From a bacterium (GTDB lineage: Bacteria; Zhuqueibacterota; QNDG01; JABMRT01), in NCBI GenBank assembly GCA_016931355.1, contig JAFGEX010000360.1:1-52712 (forward strand): a DNA stretch of 52,712 bases. Reading direction: 5' to 3'. A program made the translations under genes and the position numbers. The notes under the pieces are model-generated. The model did not search any database. It worked only from the letters and a program-made list of their open reading frames with translations, and was not told the DNA's origin. Position 1 is the stretch's first letter. Each line of letters starts with the position of its first letter. Positions 27,386 to 36,589 of the stretch are shown here, piece after piece.

Positions 27386-27414
27386 AAATATCCGTAAATC
27401 AGGTTGAAAAGTCA
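27386..27414 (-). promoter_or_regulatory. sigma70-type promoter for queD and the downstream genes
   Basis: On the minus strand: TTGACT (27414-27409), a 17-nt spacer, and GATATT (27391-27386), about 30 nt upstream of the queD ATG. Confidence 0.5.
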
Positions 27415-27577
27415 AGACTCAGCGGCGATGAACCCCAATAACACGGCGTCATTTCGAAGGCGACACCTTCTCACCTCCCCCTCGATCCCCCGGCAGAACA
27501 TCTCGGAGGCAGGCCCAGATTGAACATCTCGGGGATGAAACCACCCAGCCGATGTTAAATCGGACAGCCATAAAAGA

Positions 27578-29152
27578 TCAGCCGGAATATCTCCTCAGCC
27601 TGACCCTGACCCGGGTCCCTTCGCCCGGGGAGCTCTCTATTTCCATCCCGCCGCCGTGATCCTCCAGGATTTTTTCCACGATCGCCAGTCCCAGGCCTGT
27701 CCCTCCCGTCTTTGTGGTGAAATAGGCCTGCCTGCATCTCTCCAGTGTGGCGCTGTCCATGCCTTTGCCTGAATCCAAAATTTCCAGGAGCACGCGGCCT
27801 TCCTGTTTTGCGTCAAACGCTGTTTTGATCAGTATCTCTGAACCGGATGACGATGCTTCGACCGCATTCAGCAAGAGATTTCCGATCAAACGCCTGATCT
27901 GATCCTGATCCGCTTCCATTTCCACGGCTCCGGGTTGCAGTTTCAGATGGAACCTGCGGTCCGGATGAGCTGCGGTGAGCAGGCCTGCGGAGGATTGGAC
28001 GAGCGCGTTCAGATCCACCCTTTCGAAACGCGGGACCGGCATGCGCGCCAGTTCGGAAAATTCAGCAGCCAGCTTCTTCAGGCTCCTGAATTCAGCCTCG
28101 AGGGAATCGAGCGTGCGGCGCGTTTCCGGGCCCGCATGATCCTCGTCCATGCGGATGTGTATTTTCTGCAATGCAATGGAAAGAGGGGTCAGCGTGTTCT
28201 TGATTTCATGGGACACCCGGCGCGCCACCTGCTGCCAGGCTGCGATGCGTTCCGTGCGCACCAGCTGCTCCCGCGCCGTTTTCAGGTCATCGGCCATGGC
28301 ATTGAACGAATTGGCCATGTAGAGGAATTCACCCTTCACCGTGTCGTCGATCCGGGCGGACAGGTCTCCGGAGGAGATGCGCTTCATGCCTGCCACCAGG
28401 TTTTCGATCGGCTTGTTGAGCTGGGCGGAGAGCCGGTTTGCCAGCACGGCTGCAGCCAGAGCAGCGAGAAGCACCCAGGAAACGGCTGCAGCCATGATGA
28501 TCTTTTTCTCCAGGATGGACTGCTTCAGAATGGACAATGCGCTGCAGGTCCTCATGGTTTCGGAAATCTTTTCCTTTGTGTCTATGATCTCCGGCGGGAT
28601 TTCGTAGGCTGCTGCAACCACATGGTCCGGACCGGCCTTTCTGAAAACAGCTTGAAAACCGGGATCGCCCTTGAACAAGGCGCTGAACACGGAATCCTGA
28701 AGCGCCTTTCGTATCCACGTCTCATCCAGCACATTTTCCCTGAAAGGGAATGGGGATACGCTTTCGACCTGGGCGATTGTTTCCATGCGCTCCCCTGCCC
28801 TGAAAGAACCTGCCCAGGCCATCCCGCAATCTGAAAGAACCTGACTGTCCCAGGTATCCGGACTGTGCGACCTGAGAAATTCCAAGCCCGGTTTTTCGGA
28901 TTGGGATCTCAAGGTGTTCAGGGTCTGTTCAAGCACTGGCCCGATATCCGGGACCGCGAATTGCGCACTGCGGGTCAGAAGCGCTGCTGCCAGCAGGGCC
29001 AGGGGGATGGTGGACGCAAGCACAGTGAGTACGAGCAGGATATTCAGGTTTGCCCTGAACCTGGCGTGGCGGCGCAGGCGAAGCCAGGAAAGCAGGCATA
29101 CCGCCATGATGAGCGCAGCCAAAATTCCCAATATCATGAAATACCGGGACAT
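27578..29152 (-). CDS. membrane sensor histidine kinase (HAMP-HisKA-HATPase, NtrB/AtoS-like)
   Basis: Two TM segments, H-box SHEIKNTLTPL, N-box LLLNAVEA, and G-boxes DSGKGM and GGTGLGLAIV. The ATG at 29152 is preceded by GGAGG and lies 1 nt after the DUF58 stop. Confidence 0.88.
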   Translation of the reverse strand: MSRYFMILGILAALIMAVCLLSWLRLRRHARFRANLNILLVLTVLASTIPLALLAAALLTRSAQFAVPDIGPVLEQTLNTLRSQSEKPGLEFLRSHSPDTWDSQVLSDCGMAWAGSFRAGERMETIAQVESVSPFPFRENVLDETWIRKALQDSVFSALFKGDPGFQAVFRKAGPDHVVAAAYEIPPEIIDTKEKISETMRTCSALSILKQSILEKKIIMAAAVSWVLLAALAAAVLANRLSAQLNKPIENLVAGMKRISSGDLSARIDDTVKGEFLYMANSFNAMADDLKTAREQLVRTERIAAWQQVARRVSHEIKNTLTPLSIALQKIHIRMDEDHAGPETRRTLDSLEAEFRSLKKLAAEFSELARMPVPRFERVDLNALVQSSAGLLTAAHPDRRFHLKLQPGAVEMEADQDQIRRLIGNLLLNAVEASSSGSEILIKTAFDAKQEGRVLLEILDSGKGMDSATLERCRQAYFTTKTGGTGLGLAIVEKILEDHGGGMEIESSPGEGTRVRVRLRRYSG

Positions 29153-29153
29153 T

Positions 29154-30083
29154 TCAGCCTCCGAGCCTGCTTCTCTTGGACAGATAGCGGAAAAGAACAT
29201 TGCTGAAAGGCTGATCCGTGCTCACCGGCACGTAATCGATGCGATTCCTGAGGCATTCCCTCCTGTACCGGTCCATGAATGCCTGCATGAGATTCCGGTA
29301 CCCTTCCCGGACCTGCCAGGGCTCCGTCTGAACAGATGTCCCGGATTCCAGGTCGATGAACAGCGTGTCCCCCTTGAAGTCGAAGCGGATTTCCATGGGA
29401 TCGAGCACGTGGAAAACGATGACCTCATGTTTTTTATGGCGGAAATGTTTCAGCGCCCCGAGCAGGCGGTCCGGATCATCAAAAAGATCCGAAAACAGGA
29501 TGATGAGCCCGCGCCGCTTGATGCGCTCCGCCAGGCTGTGGCAGGTTTCCGACAGGTTCGTGTCGCCTGCGCCTGAGAGATTGTCCAATTCCTTTAGAAG
29601 AACGGACAGATAGCTCAAAACGGAGCGGGGGGGCAGGAATCTGCGTATCTGTGAATCGAAGGTCGCGAGCCCGACCGCGTCACGCTGCGTGAGCATCAGA
29701 TAGGACAGGGCTGCCGCAAGATACACGGCGTACTGCAGTTTCGTTGTTTTACCGGAGGCATATCCCATGGATCCGGACGCATCGACCAGCAGGTACGCCT
29801 TGAGATTGGTCTCTTCCTCGAAACGCTTGACATAGTACCGGTCCGAGCGGCCGTAAACCTTCCAGTCGATCAGCCGCGTGGGATCCCCGGGCATGTACGG
29901 CCTGTACTCGGAGAATTCCACGGAGAACCCGTGATAAGGGCTGCGATGCAGTCCTGTGATGAAGCCCTCGACCACGAGCCTGGCGATCAGGTCCAGCCTC
30001 GAAAGTCTGGATACGGTTTCGGGCTCCAGATATTTCCTGTAATCCCCGGCGAATGTCATGGCTTCAAAGTTGTCCGGATTCAT
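29154..30083 (-). CDS. DUF58 (vWA-like) protein, MoxR partner
   Basis: SVEFSEYRPYMPGDPTRLIDWK, RFEEETN and LVDASGSM motifs. The ATG at 30083 is preferred; the TTG at 30128 lies inside repeat E3. Confidence 0.85.
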   Translation of the reverse strand: MNPDNFEAMTFAGDYRKYLEPETVSRLSRLDLIARLVVEGFITGLHRSPYHGFSVEFSEYRPYMPGDPTRLIDWKVYGRSDRYYVKRFEEETNLKAYLLVDASGSMGYASGKTTKLQYAVYLAAALSYLMLTQRDAVGLATFDSQIRRFLPPRSVLSYLSVLLKELDNLSGAGDTNLSETCHSLAERIKRRGLIILFSDLFDDPDRLLGALKHFRHKKHEVIVFHVLDPMEIRFDFKGDTLFIDLESGTSVQTEPWQVREGYRNLMQAFMDRYRRECLRNRIDYVPVSTDQPFSNVLFRYLSKRSRLGG

Positions 30084-30171
30084 CACCTCCGGGAGGACTA
30101 TCCATTCCCGTCCATTTTCTTGAGTCAATACCTTTTACAGACTTCGAACAGGAAAGTCCTCCGGAGGTGAT
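30082..30171 (+). mobile_element. 90-nt MITE-like inverted-repeat element (copy E3)
   Basis: ATCACCTCCGGGAGGACTATCC...GAAAGTCCTCCGGAGGTGAT. Its left end overlaps the DUF58 start codon. Confidence 0.75.
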
Positions 30172-30238
30172 TCGAATTTTCATCAATGCTCACAATCCCG
30201 GATAAATGAAGGCCGGGCTGCCGGGTGGAAGAAAGATG

Positions 30239-31246
<1,008 letters not shown>

Positions 31247-31450
31247 TTTATCCTTCCCATACGAATCCTTTGGCGGCCATTCCGGCCAGCAAATTAACGA
31301 TTTTTACGCGGAGAAGCAAATCAAATCCCCCGGTTGATTTTACGCTGCAGCCAAGTCTGAAGTTCATGACAATTTTTTACTTGTTTTCAATGAAAAAAGG
31401 ATGAATATTATGAAGGAGATCAACAATATCATTAATCTGCAGGGGAAATC

Positions 31451-32077
31451 ATGAAGCGCGGCATACTCGTCATACTGGGATTTTGCATCGTTTTGGTCAT
31501 GTGCGACAGGAGCAAATCCGTCCTGGAAACAGGCGCATCCTTCTCCTCCCTGGATATCGCGTTGAAATTCAAGGGGCCTGTGTATCAGGGGACATTCTAC
31601 AATGTTTCCGTGAACACGGATTACGTCATCTGGATCGAAAACGCGGCCAGGCAGTACGTCAAAACCCTGCGCATCACGCCCACTGCCGTGACCGTCGGAA
31701 CGCACGGGTCCCATGTGGAGCATCTGCCAGCCTGGATGGCCAAAAGCGGAGTCACGTACGCGGGCCTGTCCGGCCTGACCACAGACGGCATTCCGGCCCC
31801 GTTCGACGCCATGACCTCAGCCAGCCCTGTTTTCGACGGGGACACGGTCATCACCGCGACCGTGAACTGGGATATGAAGGACCAGGACGGAAAGCCAGTG
31901 AACACGGGCGTCTATTATTGTTGCGCTGAAGCAGCGAATCTCATCAAGAACACGGATAACGACACGCAGATCATTGCTGAAAACACGGCGGCTTCGATAG
32001 ATCTGGAAAGCGGAGCAGTCACGGCTGCATCCCCGACTGCACATATTCTGGAAATAGCGATCCTGCCGAAGGAATAG
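31451..32077 (+). CDS. DUF2271-like periplasmic lipoprotein
   Basis: Lipobox LVMC. YVIWIEN...LPAWM..SG...DAMTSASP...GVYYCCAEAAN follows the DUF2271 pattern as I recall it (YVAVWIE...W..SG...DGVSGAT...EAARE). Confidence 0.5.
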   Translation: MKRGILVILGFCIVLVMCDRSKSVLETGASFSSLDIALKFKGPVYQGTFYNVSVNTDYVIWIENAARQYVKTLRITPTAVTVGTHGSHVEHLPAWMAKSGVTYAGLSGLTTDGIPAPFDAMTSASPVFDGDTVITATVNWDMKDQDGKPVNTGVYYCCAEAANLIKNTDNDTQIIAENTAASIDLESGAVTAASPTAHILEIAILPKE

Positions 32078-32179
32078 GGTTTTTTTAAGAAGGGATGTCG
32101 CTCCCCACATGTTTTGTCCGGGTCTGCCCCCGAAATGTTGTGTCGGGGGACCCATGAGTGGTTCTTTTCGAAATCAAAC

Positions 32180-32272
32180 CCCTCCCCGGATGCTTCTGCC
32201 GCAGGCTGTTTTCGGGACAATTGTACCTGTTGTCACCGAGTCCTGCACAAGGCATGAAGAATCCGGGGAGGG
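32180..32272. repeat. ~93-bp unit bounded by long inverted repeats (single copy in this window)
   Basis: CCCTCCCCGGATGCTTC ... GAAGAATCCGGGGAGGG: a 12-bp perfect stem that extends to ~17-21 bp with mismatches. Confidence 0.5.
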
Positions 32273-32457
32273 ATTTTCTTTTATACTGCCCAAAATATAC
32301 CCACCCCAGATCCTGCGGGCGAATGGCGCCCTCAGGAGGACGTTCAAGAATGGCATTCTGAGGACCGCGAAGCGGTACGAAAAATCTGTCGCAGGGTTTA
32401 ACGCCTTTCCTGTTTCTATGGAGTGTTGGGGTGAGGGCATAAAAATAAGCTCGTGAT

Positions 32458-32498
32458 CAGATTGAAGTTCCCCGCCTCTTGCTGCGGGGAGCTTCAAT
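32458..32498. repeat. ~42-bp palindromic element (copy E)
   Basis: CAGATTGAAGTTCCCCGCCTCTTGCTGCGGGGAGCTTCAAT. Confidence 0.75.
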
Positions 32499-32562
32499 TT
32501 CAATGTGCTTTTCAAGAGAGCCGCTGCATCACAAAAGGCTCTCAAGTCCAGGAGGAATCTCC

Positions 32563-32591
32563 TTGCTCTCCAGGAAAAATTTGGATAAATT
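32563..32591 (+). promoter_or_regulatory. possible sigma70-type promoter of the GT2 gene
   Basis: TTGCTC, a 17-nt spacer, and TAAATT, about 45 nt upstream of the ATG at 32637. Confidence 0.35.
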
Positions 32592-32636
32592 GAGCAGGCG
32601 TTCAGTTTTTCACCGTCATGGAAGAGGATACACAGC

Positions 32637-33512
32637 ATGGATCCGTTGACCGTTCTCATCCCCGCATACAACGAGGAAGAGTCCATTGCCGATGTCGTCC
32701 GGCAGGCACAGGCGGTCCTGAAGAAACGCAGGATAAGGCATGAAATCATCATCATCGACGACGGCTCATCGGACGGCACGTTCGAAAAGACGCGGCGGAT
32801 TTCAGGGGTCCGGGTCCTCAGGCACAGCAGGAACAGGGGGTACGGCGCTGCGCTCAAAACCGGGATCAATCACGCGAGGCATGAACTGATCTGCATCACG
32901 GACGCGGACGGGACGTATCCGCATGAAAAGATCCCCGCGCTCCTGAAGCGTTTTGATTCCGATTGCGACATGGCCGTGGGCGCGCGGACCGGCGGCAAGG
33001 TGGCAATCCCCCTGGCGCGGCGCCCGGCCAAATGGTTCATCGGAAAGCTGGCCAACATCGTGGCAGGGCAGACCATACCGGACATCAATTCGGGCCTGCG
33101 GATATTCCGGAAAAGCGTGGCGGAGAAATTCATCGCCATGATGCCGGACGGGTTTTCCTTCACCACCACGATCACGCTCGCCATGATCGCCAACGGCTAT
33201 CTCGTCGATTACATCCCCATTGATTATCACAACCGGCTGGGCAAATCGAAGATCAGGCCCGTCCACGACACCCTCAATTTCATACAGCTGATCGTCCGGA
33301 TCACGCTCTATTTCGCGCCCCTGAAAATATTCCTGTCTCTGGGCATGATGCTGTTTCTCCTCGGCATTGCCTGGGGCTTCTTCTCTTATTTCGTCCTGGG
33401 CAGGTTTGCGGATGCGAGCACCATCGTCATTCTCATGGCTTCCCTGCAGACGGCCATGGTGGGCCTTCTGGCCGAATTGATCAACCGCAGGCTTCCGAAT
33501 CATTACCGCTGA
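32637..33512 (+). CDS. GT2-family polyprenyl-phosphate glycosyltransferase (Dpm1/GtrB/ArnC-like) with C-terminal TM helices
   Basis: VLIPAYNEE, IIIIDDGSSDGT and ITDADGTY (DxD) motifs, plus two C-terminal hydrophobic helices. Confidence 0.88.
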   Translation: MDPLTVLIPAYNEEESIADVVRQAQAVLKKRRIRHEIIIIDDGSSDGTFEKTRRISGVRVLRHSRNRGYGAALKTGINHARHELICITDADGTYPHEKIPALLKRFDSDCDMAVGARTGGKVAIPLARRPAKWFIGKLANIVAGQTIPDINSGLRIFRKSVAEKFIAMMPDGFSFTTTITLAMIANGYLVDYIPIDYHNRLGKSKIRPVHDTLNFIQLIVRITLYFAPLKIFLSLGMMLFLLGIAWGFFSYFVLGRFADASTIVILMASLQTAMVGLLAELINRRLPNHYR

Positions 33513-33615
33513 TTCAGCAGTCGGGAAACTTCCATCTGAAAAGACCGGCAGGCAAAAACGTGGCTTGCAGCGGGGAGTCTCCGATTTTACGTGAAGCAAT
33601 TGAAAGAGGCTTGAT

Positions 33616-35310
33616 GTGTCAAAAACAATGAATTCCGCTCAAACCAGAAAATCCGTCGGTTCCTTGAGGGACATGTATGCTGAAAAGGCCCTGTCCCAGG
33701 TCCCCAGGCTGCTGGGGAATCAGGACCGGAATCCCTTTTCCCCGGCATACGGCTGCTTTCACCGGGATTACTGGCTGGACAAGACATCGGATTTTCCGGA
33801 CGCGGTGCGCCAATTCGGCGTGCATGCCCTTGCCCTGGTGTACCGGTATGATTTCCCGGGCAGCATGTACAGAGGACAGACCAAGATCAGGGACTGGGCC
33901 ATAGCAGGCCTGGATTTCTGGGCCCGCATACAGCACAGGGACGGCTCGTTCGACGAATTCTACCCCAATGAGCGCGGGTGGGTGGGCCCCACGGCATTCA
34001 CGACTTTTACCTCCATTGCAGCCTTCCGGCTGCTCAGGGACGAGATACCGGCGGATCAGGCGGGCCGCATCACAAATGCCATTCGCAAGGCAGCCTTTTT
34101 CATAGCCGCAGGTGAATCCGAGGAAGACCACCTGGCCAACCATCATGCCATGGCCTGCCTGGCGGTCTGGAAGGCGTATGAGCTGCTCGGGGATGATCAG
34201 CTGAAGAAAGGATTCGACCGGCTCTGGAGCGGATTCCTGGGATATCATCATGAGGAGGGGTGGTCGCGCGAGTACGACGGGGTTGATCCGGGCTATCTCT
34301 CAGCGACCGTATCCTTCCTGGCGAAAATATACCAATCAAATCCGGATCCGGCCGTTCTGGAGGTTTTGAGGCAGTCCGTCGAATTCTGCTCCTATTTCGT
34401 CTATCCCAACGGCTTCTATGCAGGCAGTCTGGGCAGCCGCAACACCCTGCATTTTTATCCGCATGGTTTCGAGATACTCGCAGGGAAAATCCCCCTGGCC
34501 ATGGCGGTTGCGGACAAAATGCTGCTCGGCCTGGCTGAGGGCAGGCTCGTGCCGCCGGAGATACAGTCGGACCGGTACGTGTTCTATCGTGTGCCGGAAT
34601 TTCTTCAGGCCTACCTGGACTTCACGGACCGGACGGAAAAACGACCGCCTCTGCCTTATGAACAGAAACCTTTCACCCGGTTTTTCCCCGGGGCCCGAAT
34701 TGCCGTGATCCGGAAACCCGCAGGCTATGTCATCGCCAATTTGGCCAAGGGCGGAGTTGTCAAGGCGTTCGACCGATCAGGCAGACTTGTCCTGAACGAC
34801 TGCGGCATGATCGGGCGGCTCAGAAGCGGCCTGGTCGCCACATCGCAGTGGATAGACCCGGGAAACCGGATCAGCGCCTCCGATGCGGGCTGGGAGGTGG
34901 AAGGCCGTTTTCACGTTGTGCCCTCCAACAAGCTTTTCACGCCTGTCAAATTGATCCTGTTCAGGACCGTGCTGATCCTGTTCTGCTGGATGCCTTTTTT
35001 CTCCCATATGCTCAAGGGCCGGATCCGTAAAATGCTCATCCTGGGGCAGAGGGGACTGCCCGTCACGTTCCGCCGTTCCCTGGCAGTGGATGATTCAGGC
35101 CTTGAATTGCGGGACGAAATCGAAATCAGGGGCAAGGCGGAATTCGTTTCCCTTTCACTGGGGGACGAATTTTTCGTGCGCTACGTGCCTCAGAGCCGGT
35201 ATTTTCAGTCCCAGGAACTCGGGATATCCGGTGAACAGTTGAGCGATGAAGAACTGAAGCAGCTCCATGCGTCCGGGAAGTATAACCGGACCAGGGTGTT
35301 GCGTCTTTAG
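33616..35310 (+). CDS. hypothetical 564-aa protein (possibly an alpha/alpha-toroid fold); function unknown
   Basis: GTG start after AAGAGG. Coding-like composition throughout. I recognise no family motif. One hydrophobic segment lies near residue ~450. Confidence 0.6.
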   Translation: MSKTMNSAQTRKSVGSLRDMYAEKALSQVPRLLGNQDRNPFSPAYGCFHRDYWLDKTSDFPDAVRQFGVHALALVYRYDFPGSMYRGQTKIRDWAIAGLDFWARIQHRDGSFDEFYPNERGWVGPTAFTTFTSIAAFRLLRDEIPADQAGRITNAIRKAAFFIAAGESEEDHLANHHAMACLAVWKAYELLGDDQLKKGFDRLWSGFLGYHHEEGWSREYDGVDPGYLSATVSFLAKIYQSNPDPAVLEVLRQSVEFCSYFVYPNGFYAGSLGSRNTLHFYPHGFEILAGKIPLAMAVADKMLLGLAEGRLVPPEIQSDRYVFYRVPEFLQAYLDFTDRTEKRPPLPYEQKPFTRFFPGARIAVIRKPAGYVIANLAKGGVVKAFDRSGRLVLNDCGMIGRLRSGLVATSQWIDPGNRISASDAGWEVEGRFHVVPSNKLFTPVKLILFRTVLILFCWMPFFSHMLKGRIRKMLILGQRGLPVTFRRSLAVDDSGLELRDEIEIRGKAEFVSLSLGDEFFVRYVPQSRYFQSQELGISGEQLSDEELKQLHASGKYNRTRVLRL

Positions 35311-35327
35311 CGAAAACGCATGTCCTG

Positions 35328-35555
35328 TTGCATGGGTCATTTCTCCTCCCGCTCCTCTCTCTGGACAAAGCCGGGGTGAGGATTTCGGGAACGGAATTTG
35401 CAGAAATCCCATATCTGTTTGCCAAATATACATCTGAGATCCTGGCGCTTGAGCAGGACATCCGGGTGGATGACATGATCCGGAAGATCAGGGACCTGGT
35501 GCCTGAATATCAATCAGTGGATGTGTTAAAGATGGGGGATGATGCCACGGCCTGA
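35328..35555 (+). CDS. small hypothetical ORF (possibly starting at an internal GTG); may be a gene remnant
   Basis: The C-terminal 59 aa have a protein-like amphipathic composition (EFAEIPYLFAKYTSEILALEQDIRVDDMIRKIRDLVPEY). No motif assignment. Confidence 0.25.
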   Translation: MHGSFLLPLLSLDKAGVRISGTEFAEIPYLFAKYTSEILALEQDIRVDDMIRKIRDLVPEYQSVDVLKMGDDATA

Positions 35556-35725
35556 GACACGGATTCGATTGTATGGTGTCCCGGCTTTGGATGATCGCAG
35601 ATTTCATCCGTAAATTGAAAGTTCTCTCTCTTCTCTCCCTGGGCTGTTCGCCGGGCCTGGTTCTGAAGGATCAGGCATTTCGCGGACAGCCCTTTTTATT
35701 TGCCTTCCCAATTTCCTACGTTCAA

Positions 35726-36589
35726 TCAGATCAGCCGGCTCTCCCTCAATATTCTGTTCAATCCCGCCCGCATTGAATATTTCGGCTGCCAGCCCAGCTC
35801 CGATTTGATTTTACCGATATCCGCAACGATATCCAGGATCTCGTTTTTCCGGTATTCATTCTTGAAATGAACGGCCAGTGGTTTTCCGTACAGCTCATTC
35901 AATAAATCAACGATTTCCTGAATGGAAACACTTTTACCATATCCCAGATTATAGATATTCATTCCTTCGCGTTTCATCCGTATTTCCAGGGCGATCGCGT
36001 CCACTACATCCTCCACATACACGAAATCCCTTTTCGGACGGGGATCCATGAGTTCCACGTGTCCGTCCTTCATCTGCCTGATGATCGAGGGAATCAGGAA
36101 GGCTTCATTCTGTCCGGGCCCGTAAATGTTGAACGGCCGGAATAGAGTGACCGGCACGTTGAAATCGCTTTGGTAGCAGCGGCAAAGCTGTTCGCCGGCC
36201 AGCTTGCTGGTGGCATAGGGATTGTGCGGCTTGAGGGGGTGTTCCTCGTCCACGGGGAGTTTATTCGGTTCTCCATACAGATAAGAACTCATGTATATCA
36301 CGCGGGCCTTATTTTTCCTGGCCAACTCCAGGACATGCAGTGTTGAGAGCATATTGTGATGGAGGAATTCCCTGGGATGATTGAAGGAGTCGGGCACGAA
36401 TGATTTCGACGCGAGATGGACGATGATGTCGAAACCGTCCAAATGACTCAGATTTTCCCAGGACAGAAGATCAATACCGGTCCTGATATCGATTTTCACA
36501 AGATCAATTTCAGGGCTGTCAAGCTTTTTGACCAGCCTTGATCCAACAAAACCCTCACTTCCTGTCACAGCGATGCACATGGAGCTCAT
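35726..36589 (-). CDS. NAD-dependent epimerase/dehydratase family (extended SDR) protein
   Basis: VTGSEGFVGSRL glycine-rich motif and YATSK catalytic motif. Overlaps the upstream gene by 4 nt. Confidence 0.85.
   Translation of the reverse strand: MSSMCIAVTGSEGFVGSRLVKKLDSPEIDLVKIDIRTGIDLLSWENLSHLDGFDIIVHLASKSFVPDSFNHPREFLHHNMLSTLHVLELARKNKARVIYMSSYLYGEPNKLPVDEEHPLKPHNPYATSKLAGEQLCRCYQSDFNVPVTLFRPFNIYGPGQNEAFLIPSIIRQMKDGHVELMDPRPKRDFVYVEDVVDAIALEIRMKREGMNIYNLGYGKSVSIQEIVDLLNELYGKPLAVHFKNEYRKNEILDIVADIGKIKSELGWQPKYSMRAGLNRILRESRLI

Noticed and set aside
30103-30135. Outward promoter inside the 90-nt element (minus-strand TTGACT ... GATAGT) driving DUF58.
   Set aside because: The spacer is ~20 nt and the -10 is weak (4/6). 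The -35 is TCGACT in copy E1. This is too speculative to annotate and is mentioned only as a possibility.
31401-31454. 17-codon upstream ORF (MNIMKEINNIINLQGKS) whose stop overlaps the ATG of the DUF2271-like gene; a possible leader peptide.
   Set aside because: It has no convincing SD in front of either of its ATGs, and the main gene has its own AGGGGA RBS. It cannot be distinguished from chance in an AT-rich promoter region.
32109-32869. ORFs 32109-32456(+) and 32174-32869(-) as genes filling the 560-nt gap.
   Set aside because: The minus ORF runs antisense into the GT2 gene, and both are built from repeat and hairpin sequence. Neither has an RBS or any family motif.
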